NCBI GenBank assembly: GCA_963714095.1
Contig: OY970230.1
Location: forward strand, 831,907-895,906
Origin: Candidatus Gottesmanbacteria bacterium
GTDB taxonomy: Bacteria; Patescibacteriota; Microgenomatia; UBA10105; UBA927
DNA length: 64,000 nucleotides
Direction of reading: 5' to 3'
Numbering within the stretch: position 1 is the first letter of the stretch; each line of letters opens with the position of its first letter. The position numbers and the translations under genes were made by a program. This document shows positions 9,964-20,215 of this stretch, one piece after another. The notes beneath the pieces were generated by a model. The model was given only the letters and a program-made list of their open reading frames with translations. It was not told the DNA's origin and made no database searches.

Positions 9964-10665
9964 ATGCCATCTTTTTTGGAAAGAAAAATACTTCAGCCTA
10001 TCGGAGTATGGGGAGATCAGCTTCGGTATGGCGATCACGAGGTTTTATCGGATTTGGCAGACCAATGCTCACGGGGTGTGGTTCATCTTCTCAAAGATGT
10101 GTATCCCGATCCAACGGTACGTCAGGCGTGCAGTTATCTTGATGGCGCGTGCGTAAACTATTCAGGCCGTCTTGTCGCTCCAAAAGTCGCAGAACGGGAT
10201 GCACCTATTCTTCAGCTTTCCGGATTTTATCAAACGGATAAACCAGGTCAGGCAGTAAAATATCTTGTTGCGGTGAGTCATCATGATTGGACGCACATAT
10301 TAGTCGATATCGGGATATTCCAAAACGATAGATTGAAATTAGGTATTTTTACCAGACTCATACAGCCGTCCTCGTACGATATGCTTTTTCAGCAGGTTCG
10401 CCAAGTAAATCAGGACACTTCTCATTCAATCCATTTATTAACCGGCCCATTGAGGATTGTAGAAGAAGATGCAACAAAAGGATGGAAACTTGAATTGCGG
10501 AAAGTGGGAGACTTGGAAATTTTACAGGAGCAGCCGCGCTCATACGATTGTTTTGCCGGACATAGATACGATTTTGAGTTTACCGAGAGCGATCGATATC
10601 CCGAAGGTACTACAGAACTGAGTGGGGTACGGAAAAAACGTGTAATGTGGTCGGGATCTGCCTGA
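9964..10665 (+). CDS. Hypothetical protein.
   Basis: ORF of 233 aa. Confidence 0.4.
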   Translation: MPSFLERKILQPIGVWGDQLRYGDHEVLSDLADQCSRGVVHLLKDVYPDPTVRQACSYLDGACVNYSGRLVAPKVAERDAPILQLSGFYQTDKPGQAVKYLVAVSHHDWTHILVDIGIFQNDRLKLGIFTRLIQPSSYDMLFQQVRQVNQDTSHSIHLLTGPLRIVEEDATKGWKLELRKVGDLEILQEQPRSYDCFAGHRYDFEFTESDRYPEGTTELSGVRKKRVMWSGSA

Positions 10666-10710
10666 GTCGTCTGCGATTGACAAAGAGGCAGTGGGTATCT
10701 ATAGTGCGCA

Positions 10711-11334
10711 GTGCATATGTCACCACCGCCGGAATTTTATAATCATCACGCCCTAGCCATTGATCCAATGGGTATAGACGAAGTACGTGCTCAACCGGAT
10801 TTTTTTGAATGGGGACATGCCCAAACAGATACACACCCGTTTGTTGCCGCTGCACGTCTGAGATATAAGGATGCGACCGATCTGTATGGCTGGATAACCA
10901 CTACTAGGGACACTGTAGGTTCAGGGAAATTAGTTCTTCCTATGGGGATGGATGGTACACCGTTGAAATATCCGGGATTATTATGGATTATTCAGGCCAA
11001 TCGTGTGGCGACAGGTCAGACTTACAAAACAGCTGATATGCTTCGTGTGATCGAATTGGAAGCAGGACGACGCGGGACATGCACTATAGGAACTTCGAAT
11101 ACGGAGGTCAGTGGTGTAGCGCTTGCTTTTGCCATTGAGAGCCATTTAGATTCGGAATCTTCACTTACTATTCCATGGAAACAAGATCTGAATATACAGC
11201 ATGCATGGCTTGCCCTTTCTGCCATGGGAATAGCGAAAGATATTGAATCGTGCCTGACCGATATACACGTTACACCTGTTGCTGCAAAGTTTCTTCACAA
11301 CAGCAAACCTCCTCCAGGAGTCCTGTTTGGGTAA
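10711..11334 (+). CDS. Hypothetical protein.
   Basis: ORF of 207 aa. Confidence 0.4.
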   Translation: MHMSPPPEFYNHHALAIDPMGIDEVRAQPDFFEWGHAQTDTHPFVAAARLRYKDATDLYGWITTTRDTVGSGKLVLPMGMDGTPLKYPGLLWIIQANRVATGQTYKTADMLRVIELEAGRRGTCTIGTSNTEVSGVALAFAIESHLDSESSLTIPWKQDLNIQHAWLALSAMGIAKDIESCLTDIHVTPVAAKFLHNSKPPPGVLFG

Positions 11335-11384
11335 GGATCCCTAGAGGTGTTGCTGCAAGGATTCATATTTGATACGATAGACCT

Positions 11385-11801
11385 ATGATTGAGCGTACGG
11401 TTGTTTTAATCAAACCCGACGGCGTCGCGAAACATATCATCGGCAAAATTATCGACCGGTTTGAAACGGCGGAGCTCAAAGTTGTTGCTTTGAAAATGGT
11501 TCAGTTGACGCAACCGATCCTTGACGTGTGGTATGCCCATCACAAAGATAAACCGTTTTTCCAGTCTTTATCCGCGCAAATGATGTCTACGCCGGTGGTT
11601 GCTTTTGTACTGGAAGGAGACGGAGCGATTCAAAAAGTATTTGATATATGCGGACCTACAGATCCTGCGGACGCTCCTGCGGGCACAATCAGGAAAGACT
11701 TTGGCGTTGATAAACCCCACAACGTGGTCCACCGTTCCGATTCGGCCGAAGCGGCAGCCCGTGAAATAGGGTTACTGTTTACCAAAGAAGAATTATTTTA
11801 A
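11385..11801 (+). CDS. ndk: Nucleoside diphosphate kinase.
   Basis: MIERTVVLIKPDGV..., the NVVHRSDS active-site histidine motif, and a length of 138 aa all fit. Confidence 0.9.
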   Translation: MIERTVVLIKPDGVAKHIIGKIIDRFETAELKVVALKMVQLTQPILDVWYAHHKDKPFFQSLSAQMMSTPVVAFVLEGDGAIQKVFDICGPTDPADAPAGTIRKDFGVDKPHNVVHRSDSAEAAAREIGLLFTKEELF

Positions 11802-12526
11802 TGCCACGTATAGAGATGCATTTTTTCACCCTTACTGATCGTAGGTAACATATGCACTCCTTCTTCAATTAGTTTCAGCCCAAGACTTCCGGCAATATTT
11901 CCCACGGCCAACGTGATTAGCACCTGACCGGGTGTTTGTATTGGTTCTCCTAATTTAACTGCTGCGCTATTTATAGCCAACATATAACCGGCTAACAACG
12001 TAGATCCAATAAAAAGAGTACCCTTGTTCTCTGTTTTGCTTGTGTCTATCGGAATAGTTCCGCTTTTAATAATATAGTGCACTTCCCGAATGAGATCGGT
12101 AAACCCTCTGACGTACTCATTAACCACTTTGTCTATGTATGCCGGTCCATGATGTTGTTCCGCGATTCCTGTCCGTGTGAGAATCCACGAAGCATTTGTT
12201 TCAATAAGTGCAGCGTTTGCAAAATCGGTAAGGATGCGCGGAAATTTAGTATGTTGAGAGAGTGGCCCCTCGCGCGTTTCTAAGGTTGCCATCTCCGTTA
12301 TATCAAATTTTGATACTTCGGGCTTCCATGATTGCTGTCGTGTAAGAAACGATTGAGCGACAGTCTCTTCTAGATTATCGGACATCGGAATGTGGCACGT
12401 GCCGGCAATACGTTCAGCGGTCATTCGAGCTATACGGGGTGAGTTAAGTGAAAAAGACTCCATTTGTTTATTGGCAGGAATGGACATCTGACGATCAACC
12501 GGACGTGATAAAAGAATTTCTGACAT
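11798..12526 (-). CDS. Hypothetical protein with a C-terminal hydrophobic segment.
   Basis: ORF of 242 aa, convergent with ndk and overlapping it by 4 nt. Confidence 0.45.
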   Translation of the reverse strand: MSEILLSRPVDRQMSIPANKQMESFSLNSPRIARMTAERIAGTCHIPMSDNLEETVAQSFLTRQQSWKPEVSKFDITEMATLETREGPLSQHTKFPRILTDFANAALIETNASWILTRTGIAEQHHGPAYIDKVVNEYVRGFTDLIREVHYIIKSGTIPIDTSKTENKGTLFIGSTLLAGYMLAINSAAVKLGEPIQTPGQVLITLAVGNIAGSLGLKLIEEGVHMLPTISKGEKMHLYTWH

Positions 12527-12590
12527 AATTTGATATAGAATGACACATATTTATATCACGTGTTCCTTGAGGTGTCAACGGAAGTCCTTT

Positions 12591-13453
12591 TTATAATAAG
12601 CTAATAATAATCTTCCCCGCCTCGATCAACCCATAGATTCCCAACCCGATAAACGCGAGTGTTCCGATGAAGGAGACATATTCGTTCCTGACGGCGGCAA
12701 CGGTCCGGCTAGGCGATAAAAAGAGGCAGATATTGAGAATTGTGTGGGCGCCAATGACGCCGGCGGCGAAGCCGTAAATATTAACGACGTTGAAGAGCGG
12801 TACGTACCCGGCAAAATCATCCAGCCCCAGGATAAAAGGAATTTCCGTAGCAAATCCTGCCAGCTTCGTCCAGCTAAGTCCTTCTTTTCCCCGAAGACTG
12901 GCCCTGAGATCCGGAATGATATGGAATAGGAGGGGATTGATGACTTTAGCGGTTGCATCTAAAAACGTATGCAAGCCTTTATATAGCCATTTTTTTACGC
13001 CGCCCGCAGAGTTCCAGTTAGTAAGGTATTCTAAGCCGCTGTGAGCCAGTTCAAAAAGTACTAAAGAAGCAATAAGTACCATGAGAGCCAGGAGAAGGTC
13101 AACGTGTTTAAGGACAACCCAGAGGCCGATGATGAGAATCGTGCCGCCGGCATTTCCGATTGCTGAACCGATTTCCAGTGCGACGCGGTTGCGCCAGCCC
13201 GGGTACAGATGCATGAGCCGGCCAAGAAGAATTGCAAAATCAATTTCGGTTTTTAAATAAATCGTGGCTCCCACGATTACATCCTGCGGGCGGATGACCA
13301 GAAGTATCGGAATAGTGCCGGGGATTTGGTTAAAAAGAAACAGCGATGCGTGTAAAATGACCAGTAATATGCCCAAAATGACAACGGTGAATATCAAAGG
13401 AATAAGCTGGCGCAGAAGGGGAGAATTATCTATTGATCCAAGAGATCCTTCCA
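12591..13453 (-). CDS. Polytopic membrane protein.
   Basis: The ORF is hydrophobic. The start is taken at MEGSLGSID to avoid a 70-nt overlap with the upstream gene. Confidence 0.5.
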
Positions 13454-13996
13454 TATTCGTATTGTAGCACTGTTTATTTGGGGTGTTTTGCCATACCATT
13501 CAAGAGTAAGAATTTTTTCGCCAGACAGAATCGGATTTTGGTGTCTTCTCAGGTCTTCGATATCTTTTAAAGTATGTCCGGTTTTTTCGTACGGTAACCA
13601 CGAAACGACACATTTTGTCGTTTTCATGCCTCCACCCTGCATGACACGGACAAATTTTATTGTCTGAAGGTCTTCTTCGCGGTCAATGGGTAAAGATGCA
13701 GATTTTGCTTGTTTTGCCCATCCCGCTTTTAATATTCTTTCTATGGAATCCGGTTCGATGACGTACGCAAATACGTTCTGATTGAGACCTAATTGGTTTA
13801 CAAGTTCTGAAACGAGTGCTTTTCCTACCCCTTTATTTTGTGATACCACAGAAATATCTTCAATTTCCCAAAGTTTATTAGCGGGTTCATATTTACAGAG
13901 AAGATGCGAATTTTGATCACCAAGAAGATTCAGTTGGATAAAGGCATCAGAACGTTTAACATCAATCCGACCTTTCCATTGTTCAGGTGAACCCAT
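13430..13996 (-). CDS. GNAT-family acetyltransferase domain protein.
   Basis: The Q-x-x-G-x-G acetyl-CoA binding motif QNKGVGKALVSELV is present in the N-terminal half. Confidence 0.45.
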   Translation of the reverse strand: MGSPEQWKGRIDVKRSDAFIQLNLLGDQNSHLLCKYEPANKLWEIEDISVVSQNKGVGKALVSELVNQLGLNQNVFAYVIEPDSIERILKAGWAKQAKSASLPIDREEDLQTIKFVRVMQGGGMKTTKCVVSWLPYEKTGHTLKDIEDLRRHQNPILSGEKILTLEWYGKTPQINSATIRIWKDLLDQ

Positions 13997-14004
13997 ACAT
14001 ATAG

Positions 14005-14655
14005 TTAGAGAATAATTTTCAGCTGGCGCAGGATTGGAAGAAGGACTTCAAACGGCAGTCCGATGACATTGGTATATGAGCCGTCGATTTTGGTGACAAT
14101 GTCCCACGGCGCCTCGTTTATCGCATACGCTGCGGCAAAGCGGGTAAAGTCAAAGCGCGATACGTAACTGTCGATTTCGACCGGTGTCAGCTTTCGCATG
14201 GTCACGCGGGTTTTGACGGTTTTTTCCCAGGTTTTTTTCGCTTTGGTGCCGTCAAAGAGAACAATTGTGACTGCGGTGGCAAAAATATGCGTCCGGCCCA
14301 TGAGGTTTTTGAGCATTTCACGGGTCTGTTCGCGGTCGACGGATTTCCCGAATGTTTTTTTGCCGATGATTCCCATAGAATCGGCGGCAACGATAAGTGC
14401 TTCCCGTGTTTCCGGCAATGAATAGACGCGGGAGTGCTCAACGACCTCTTTGGCTTTTGCAGCAGCGCGCAGTCGGAGGGTTTTTAAGGGATCGCGGTTG
14501 ACAATAGCGTCTTCGTCCACACGGGAAACCACGACGCGGAACCGAAGGCCCAACTTTTCCAAAAGCATGCGGCGGCCGATACTCTGCGAAGCGAGAATGA
14601 CGTCAGGCAAAGGCGGGGGTAGGTCTTGGCCTTTACGGCTGAACTGAAGCTTCAT
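14005..14655 (-). CDS. maf: Maf-like nucleoside triphosphate pyrophosphatase.
   Basis: The motifs ILASQSIGRRMLLEKLGL and ...VDEDAI match the Maf family. Confidence 0.7.
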   Translation of the reverse strand: MKLQFSRKGQDLPPPLPDVILASQSIGRRMLLEKLGLRFRVVVSRVDEDAIVNRDPLKTLRLRAAAKAKEVVEHSRVYSLPETREALIVAADSMGIIGKKTFGKSVDREQTREMLKNLMGRTHIFATAVTIVLFDGTKAKKTWEKTVKTRVTMRKLTPVEIDSYVSRFDFTRFAAAYAINEAPWDIVTKIDGSYTNVIGLPFEVLLPILRQLKIIL

Positions 14656-14694
14656 GGGGGCTATTATATCGCAAATTCCTTAAAAATGCTAGAG

Positions 14695-14767
14695 TCGGGA
14701 CGGAGAGACTTGAACTCTCGACCTCACGGTCCCGAACCGTGCGTTCTACCAACTGAACTACGTCCCG
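14695..14767 (-). tRNA. tRNA-Pro (anticodon CGG).
   Basis: The reverse complement folds as a cloverleaf: acceptor CGGGACG/CGTCCCG, D arm TAGTTCAGTTGGTAGAAC, anticodon stem CACGG/CCGTG with loop TTCGGGA, and T arm GGTTCAAGTCTCTCC. Confidence 0.8.
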
Positions 14768-14807
14768 TGTTGGTATTCTATCATAAAAACCGATAAAATA
14801 GACCTAT

Positions 14808-14879
14808 GCCTCTATAGCTCAACGGATAGAGCAGACCCGTCCTAAGGGTAAGATGAGGGTTCAATTCCTTCTAGAGGCG
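14808..14879 (+). tRNA. tRNA-Arg (anticodon CCT).
   Basis: Acceptor GCCTCTA/TAGAGGC, D arm TAGCTCAACGGATAGAGCA, anticodon loop GTCCTAA with U33 and A37, and T loop GGTTCAATTCC. It is divergent from tRNA-Pro. Confidence 0.75.
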
Positions 14880-14890
14880 CTTACTACTCC

Positions 14891-16831
14891 TTGTTCCCAC
14901 GCTCATTTTGTAGTATGCTGCGCGCTATTCTTGCCCGAACCATTATGGCAGCGCCACGGATAGAGAAAGAAATGACACCCTCATCGTTGTTGGAGCGGGA
15001 CGGCCTTCGGGTTACGAGAGAAAGGGTAAAGATTGAATCTCTCATATTGCCCGATACGCTTAAAGACAGATATCCAACCGAATATGATCCTGCAAATATA
15101 CAAGAGTTGGCAACAACGATAAAAAGCGGCATCTTAACATCACATGCGCTTGCGGTAAAAGAAGTCCGTGACAACGATACTTCTTCGAATTTAGAGCTTT
15201 TACATAAGCCTTCTGTCATATTTGCGCTCCAAAAATGTGGCATTTCCGAAGTAGATGTGGTTGTTATTCACAATAATGATGACTTTGATATAGTTACAGC
15301 ATCGGACAACCAACTTCTGTTTCTCGGTGAACAAGGGGTTCTTACCAATCACGTTGTTCGGAATATCCCGATGGCTGACGTGCTGTCAGATGAAAGCATT
15401 ATTGATGACCCTTATCGGGATGTTTTGAAATCCCAGTTATCAACAGGTCAAGAGGTGAATATTCGTGTGCGGGCGCGGCGTGAAGGAGAGCGCATTGTAT
15501 ACGATATTATCGACGGATACCACAGACACGATTCATTGAGAATAATCGGATCACAATTTATCTCAGCACGGCTTACATTTGGGATGACGAATGAAGAATT
15601 ACATGATGAACGTGTCCTTGCCGCCTTCCGATCCGCAAAATCGGTAAAATTTGCCCGCATGGTTACGTCCATGCAAAATTCATATGCCGAATCTGTCTGG
15701 AGCAAGGTATACAATCTCAAATTGTCGCAAATATTGAGTTTGGCAGTGAACGCAAATAAAATAAAACAACCCGGAAAAAATTTAGGAATACCGGAAAGCG
15801 CAGCTCGGGAAGCAATTGAGTGGGTGTCCAAGAAAGCAGTTCTTTGGAATAGCGATGTGGGGACATTATGTCAGCAAATTCGTGCAGCAGAAGATTCATT
15901 CACTGAAATTATTAAACAAATACGTACAACCGAAGGCGGCGGTCACGCGGGAGACGGAGTACTTAATAGGGATAAATTTATCGCGATGGTTGAACAGCTA
16001 GGTAAAAAATTATCCCTTCAATCAACAATGGTGTCCATTATCAAGAAACATAATTTAAATGCTGACCAGACTCGGGTTATCGCGGGTGCGCTTGCGCTTA
16101 TAGAAGGCCACCCCGATCTGATACGCTTGGTTGAAACTAATCCTTTTGATACAGAAATTTTGTCTTCTATATATAAGCGAAAAGTCGTTATTGAAAAAGG
16201 AAGGTTTGTTGTACAAGAAATACGAAGATCGTCACGAGATCCCGGCATTGTTGAAGAGGACGTTACCGTGGAGAGTGAGGAGCCATTGACTTCAGAATTG
16301 GATGATTTAGCCCCAATTGAAGAAGTTATCAAAGAAGCTGAGAGTAGTACTATTTTTGAAGCACCAAGCGAGGTGACGCCCCCCGGAAGTTTAGATGCCG
16401 GAGCACAATCAGTCATTATTCCTGCCGGATCGAATCCGGCGAAAGCAACGAGCTTTGGCGTAAGTGTAGATAAAGGCGACCATGATGATTATAATGTGAA
16501 GCGATCGGTGGCCGATTTAGAGAGAGAAAATGGTGAATTAAGAGAAAAACTTGAACAGGCAAATGAACAACTTGAGAGGGGTGGTAAACGTAAAAAATCT
16601 TCTTGGTATGAAACACTTGCAACGCTACCAACCCAAGAACGAGAAATTATGAGATATATGTATAAATTAAAAGAAAAAGGCTGTGGTGTTGCAGAGATAG
16701 ATGCTAAAACAAGAAATGAGTTTCAATTATTGCCTAATCAGCTTTCACAAAAGAAAAGGAGTGCGCTTCAAAGATTGAGTAATTATTATAGTGATATCCT
16801 TCAAAAGGAAGTCGATTTCTTCACCATATAA
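14891..16831 (+). CDS. Protein of 646 aa with two ParB/DndB(DGQHR)-like nuclease-superfamily motifs and a C-terminal coiled coil.
   Basis: The N-terminus (ILPDTLKDRYPTEYDPANIQELATTIKSGIL) resembles a ParB N-terminal domain. A second ParB/DGQHR-like box is YDIIDGYHRHDSLRIIG. A coiled coil ENGELREKLEQANEQLE follows. The gene starts 12 nt after a tRNA and the start codon is uncertain. Confidence 0.5.
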   Translation: MFPRSFCSMLRAILARTIMAAPRIEKEMTPSSLLERDGLRVTRERVKIESLILPDTLKDRYPTEYDPANIQELATTIKSGILTSHALAVKEVRDNDTSSNLELLHKPSVIFALQKCGISEVDVVVIHNNDDFDIVTASDNQLLFLGEQGVLTNHVVRNIPMADVLSDESIIDDPYRDVLKSQLSTGQEVNIRVRARREGERIVYDIIDGYHRHDSLRIIGSQFISARLTFGMTNEELHDERVLAAFRSAKSVKFARMVTSMQNSYAESVWSKVYNLKLSQILSLAVNANKIKQPGKNLGIPESAAREAIEWVSKKAVLWNSDVGTLCQQIRAAEDSFTEIIKQIRTTEGGGHAGDGVLNRDKFIAMVEQLGKKLSLQSTMVSIIKKHNLNADQTRVIAGALALIEGHPDLIRLVETNPFDTEILSSIYKRKVVIEKGRFVVQEIRRSSRDPGIVEEDVTVESEEPLTSELDDLAPIEEVIKEAESSTIFEAPSEVTPPGSLDAGAQSVIIPAGSNPAKATSFGVSVDKGDHDDYNVKRSVADLERENGELREKLEQANEQLERGGKRKKSSWYETLATLPTQEREIMRYMYKLKEKGCGVAEIDAKTRNEFQLLPNQLSQKKRSALQRLSNYYSDILQKEVDFFTI

Positions 16832-16851
16832 CTGTTCAAGGCTAACTTTTT

Positions 16852-18116
16852 TTACCGCAGGTTTACTGTGTACAGGTTGGGGAGCGAAAGAGCGGACCCG
16901 TTTAAATTCGTTAAAATAATAATCCTGCTGCCGTTACTCCACGGGGCTACGAAATTATCGACAAAGGGACCGGAATAGATTGTCACCCAATTGGTCCGAT
17001 CGTATTCCATAACATCAATTTTGCCCTGCAGGGTCAGGAGGAGATGCCGGCTCGTGGGGAACCAGTGGATTGGAATTTCTGCGGCAGAAACAACAGCAGG
17101 AGGCGATATGGTTTTGGATTTCGGGGCGGGAGACGGCGTTGGGAGCTCTTTTTGATCTAAGAGGAAATAGTTTTTATCTTCTTTACTGTCATAGACATAA
17201 AATTTCCCCGGTACGATATTCCGGTCTTCTGTGGTTGAATTTGTACCAATAAGAGGTGGATTGATGATTTGTGGGATAGTCGAAGAGGCAGTCGCTTCAT
17301 AAAGAATCTTAGTTTCATCCGGCGAGAACGAAATGATTTTGGCACTTGACGTTGCCATATTGATAATCGCGGGCGCAAACGCGGCAAGTTTTTGCTTTTC
17401 CGTATCGGCTTGCGCCGAATTCCAGTCAGCAAGAAGCGCCTGGCGAGTATCGGTGACATCGGTGAACGTATTGGGTTTTGTCAGTACATACAGACGGCTT
17501 CCTGTGGCATTGTCGACCAGGAGTTCTGTCGCGTCCGGTGACCAGGTGATATGGCTGGTATCAAAATCAAATCCGTTGACCGTATCAAGCTGGATTGGAT
17601 CGCGGTTTCGCCCAAGCGGTCCTTCGGAAAGTTCGTAGTACCACAGGCCTGATTTTTTTGCCGATGTTGCATCCAGATCAGCAGCAGGGATTGTGTAGGC
17701 CACTTTAGTACCGTCCGGAGAAAGTGACGGGTTGGCAATGCCAAGCGTCGTGAGGGGCGAGAGACTCGGGTTGGTAGGAAAAAGGAAGGCTGTCGCCTGA
17801 GATACGACTTCTCCCTGCACGCGTATTTTTTTCTCCCATGAGATATATCCTTCTTTACTTATCCGGATGGTATAAAACCCAGGATCGATGCTGAATGAAT
17901 TGTTGGTTGCGGTTTTAAGAGACCCGTCGACAAAGACCTGGGCGCCCGTGGGGTCGCTCGTTGCGGAAATAAGTCCTGTGGGTCTTATTGATGTTTTATT
18001 GAGGTCCAACCGGTATCCGCGGCCGTACGCAATCACGACAATGGCGACTCCAAGAATAGCACATAATGTAATAAATGATATTAAAGTAGATCTAAAATTT
18101 GGCATAATCGTGGACA
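16852..18116 (-). CDS. Membrane-anchored PEGA-domain protein with a TolB-like beta-propeller.
   Basis: The start is at MSTIMPNFRSTLISFITLCAILGVAIVV (a TM anchor). PEGA-like segment YTIRISKEGYISWEKKIRVQGEVV is present. TolB-like repeats include LSPDGTKVAYT, WSPDATELL and FSPDETKILY. Confidence 0.6.
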
Positions 18117-18148
18117 TATTATATACCCATGTATGGTAGAATGCGAAT

Positions 18149-19168
18149 ATGTTTTCTAATTTTCGCAAAAAGATTGGTATTGATTTAGGAACGGCGAATT
18201 CTCTTGTTTGGCTGGCGGGTTCCGGCGTCGTATTAAACGAGCCGACGGTCGTGGCTGTGACCGTGGACGATGGCCGCGTGGTAGCAGTGGGCAATGAGGC
18301 GAAGGAAATGCTCGGGCGCACCCCTGGCAATATCATGGCTACTCGTCCGATGCGGGACGGCGTGATTGCGGATTACCGGATAACCGAGGCCATGCTGTCG
18401 TTTTTTATCGACCGCGTCGTGGGCCGGAACCGCATGTTTAAGCCCGAAGTGATGATCTGTGTGCCCTCGGGGGTTACTCAGGTGGAGCGGCGTGCGGTCC
18501 TTGATGCCACGCTTTCGGCCGGTGCCAATATCGCCTATTTGATTGAAGAACCGCTTGCGGCGGCAATCGGTGCGAAAATTCCCATTGCACAAGCATCCGG
18601 TCATATGATTGTTGATGTGGGCGGCGGGTCGACCGAGGCGGCGGTTATTTCGCTGGGCGGTGTCGTGGTTCACAAGAGCGCACGCGTGGCAGGGAATAAA
18701 TTAGATGAGGCAATCGCCAATTACATCAAGAAAAAATATAACCTGATTATCGGAGAGCGGATGGCTGAAACTATAAAAATGACCATAGGCGATGCGCTTG
18801 TTGACAAGACAAAAGAGGCATTAAAAATGGAAGTACGCGGCCGCGATACGGTGTCTGGTCTTCCGCGTATGGTGGAGCTTACAAACCGTGAGATTGCGGA
18901 AGCCATTATTCCGACGCTTCACCAGATTGTTGTTGCAGTTAAAGGGGTACTGGAGGAAACACCGCCGGAACTTGCCGCCGACATTATTGATAAAGGGATA
19001 GTCATGGCGGGAGGGACTAGTCTTTTGCGGAATTTTGATAAGCTTATGACCTCAATGACGGGCGTTGTTTGTCATGTAGCCGAAGATCCGCTGTTATGCG
19101 TCGTTCGCGGAACAGGAGTCGCGTTGGAAAATATTGAACTGTATAAGCGGAGTGTTGGAAAAAAGTAA
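18149..19168 (+). CDS. mreB: Rod shape-determining protein MreB.
   Basis: MFSNFRKKIGIDLGTANSLVW..., the actin-fold phosphate motifs and a length of 339 aa all fit. Confidence 0.9.
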   Translation: MFSNFRKKIGIDLGTANSLVWLAGSGVVLNEPTVVAVTVDDGRVVAVGNEAKEMLGRTPGNIMATRPMRDGVIADYRITEAMLSFFIDRVVGRNRMFKPEVMICVPSGVTQVERRAVLDATLSAGANIAYLIEEPLAAAIGAKIPIAQASGHMIVDVGGGSTEAAVISLGGVVVHKSARVAGNKLDEAIANYIKKKYNLIIGERMAETIKMTIGDALVDKTKEALKMEVRGRDTVSGLPRMVELTNREIAEAIIPTLHQIVVAVKGVLEETPPELAADIIDKGIVMAGGTSLLRNFDKLMTSMTGVVCHVAEDPLLCVVRGTGVALENIELYKRSVGKK

Positions 19169-19361
19169 ACCTATAAAAAATATAATGGCAAAAGGAAAGT
19201 AAAAAAGACGAATAAATTGATATAGTTTGATTATAACTTATAATTAAATTGTTAAAATAGACGATTTGAGAAGGAAAATAAAAAATACATACGAAAAAAT
19301 GTGTTCATTTTCTAGGATGTTACGTTATAGAATGCATGAACCATATCACTTTTTATAAATT

Positions 19362-20150
19362 ATGAGATTAAATGCGGTAAAATTGCTGGGAATATCAATT
19401 TCAAACGGTTCGCGAAAAAAAATCCTAGAGGAAATTCAGAAGTATTTATTTCAATCGGACAAAGAAGAGCAAAAACCGCTTAAAATATTGACTCCGAATA
19501 CCGAGCAACTCGTTTTCGCCCGAAAAAATCCTGAATTTTCCGGCATTTTGAATAGGGCCGATATATCGCTCCCGGATACTGTTGGAGTGGTGTGGGCAAG
19601 CAACATATTAACGAAAAATCCACTTAAGAAAGTGATTCCCGGCGTTGACTTTATGCAGGACCTCGTCGCGGCAGCAGCCGCGCGTCACGTCCCAGTAGGA
19701 CTTATAGGTGGTCGCAGCGGTTTGGCAGTCAGAACGCTTGACTGCTTACGTCAAAAGTATAAAAAATTATTGGATAGTTGGGCAGAAGACGGGCCAGAGA
19801 TACAAATGCCGTATCAAGCCAATAATACCTATATTTCCGGATTAGCGAAACGGATTATTGATACAAAAACAAAAATAGTTTTTGTCGCGTTCGGGCCGCC
19901 GAAACAAGAATATTTAATCGAAGACCTTGCGAAGGCGCTCGGGTCATACACTGTGGTATTTATGGCGGTCGGCGGTTCATTTGACATTATTTCCGGCCGC
20001 CTGAAACGCGCGCCGTTATGGATGCGTAATTTTGGTCTTGAATGGCTCTGGCGTCTTATCCTTGAACCTTGGCGCATGAACCGCCAGTTCGCGCTTGTCG
20101 AATTTGTGTGGCTAATCTTGCGCGCAAAAATCAGCAAACCCTCAGAATAA
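19362..20150 (+). CDS. WecB/TagA/CpsF family (GT26) glycosyltransferase.
   Basis: The family-typical N-terminus LLGISISNGSRKKILEEI and C-terminus LEWLWRLILEPWRMNRQ are present. The length is 262 aa. Confidence 0.75.
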   Translation: MRLNAVKLLGISISNGSRKKILEEIQKYLFQSDKEEQKPLKILTPNTEQLVFARKNPEFSGILNRADISLPDTVGVVWASNILTKNPLKKVIPGVDFMQDLVAAAAARHVPVGLIGGRSGLAVRTLDCLRQKYKKLLDSWAEDGPEIQMPYQANNTYISGLAKRIIDTKTKIVFVAFGPPKQEYLIEDLAKALGSYTVVFMAVGGSFDIISGRLKRAPLWMRNFGLEWLWRLILEPWRMNRQFALVEFVWLILRAKISKPSE

Positions 20151-20215
20151 TAGAATATCGTTACATCAACAGATAGCTCTTGTATTGCAACGTAGCAATT
20201 TAGTATACTTAGCAT

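Noticed and set aside
14198-14647. Small ORFs overlapping maf on both strands.
   Set aside because: They lie within or antisense to the Maf coding sequence.
18233-18673. A 146-aa minus-strand ORF.
   Set aside because: It is entirely antisense within the highly conserved mreB.
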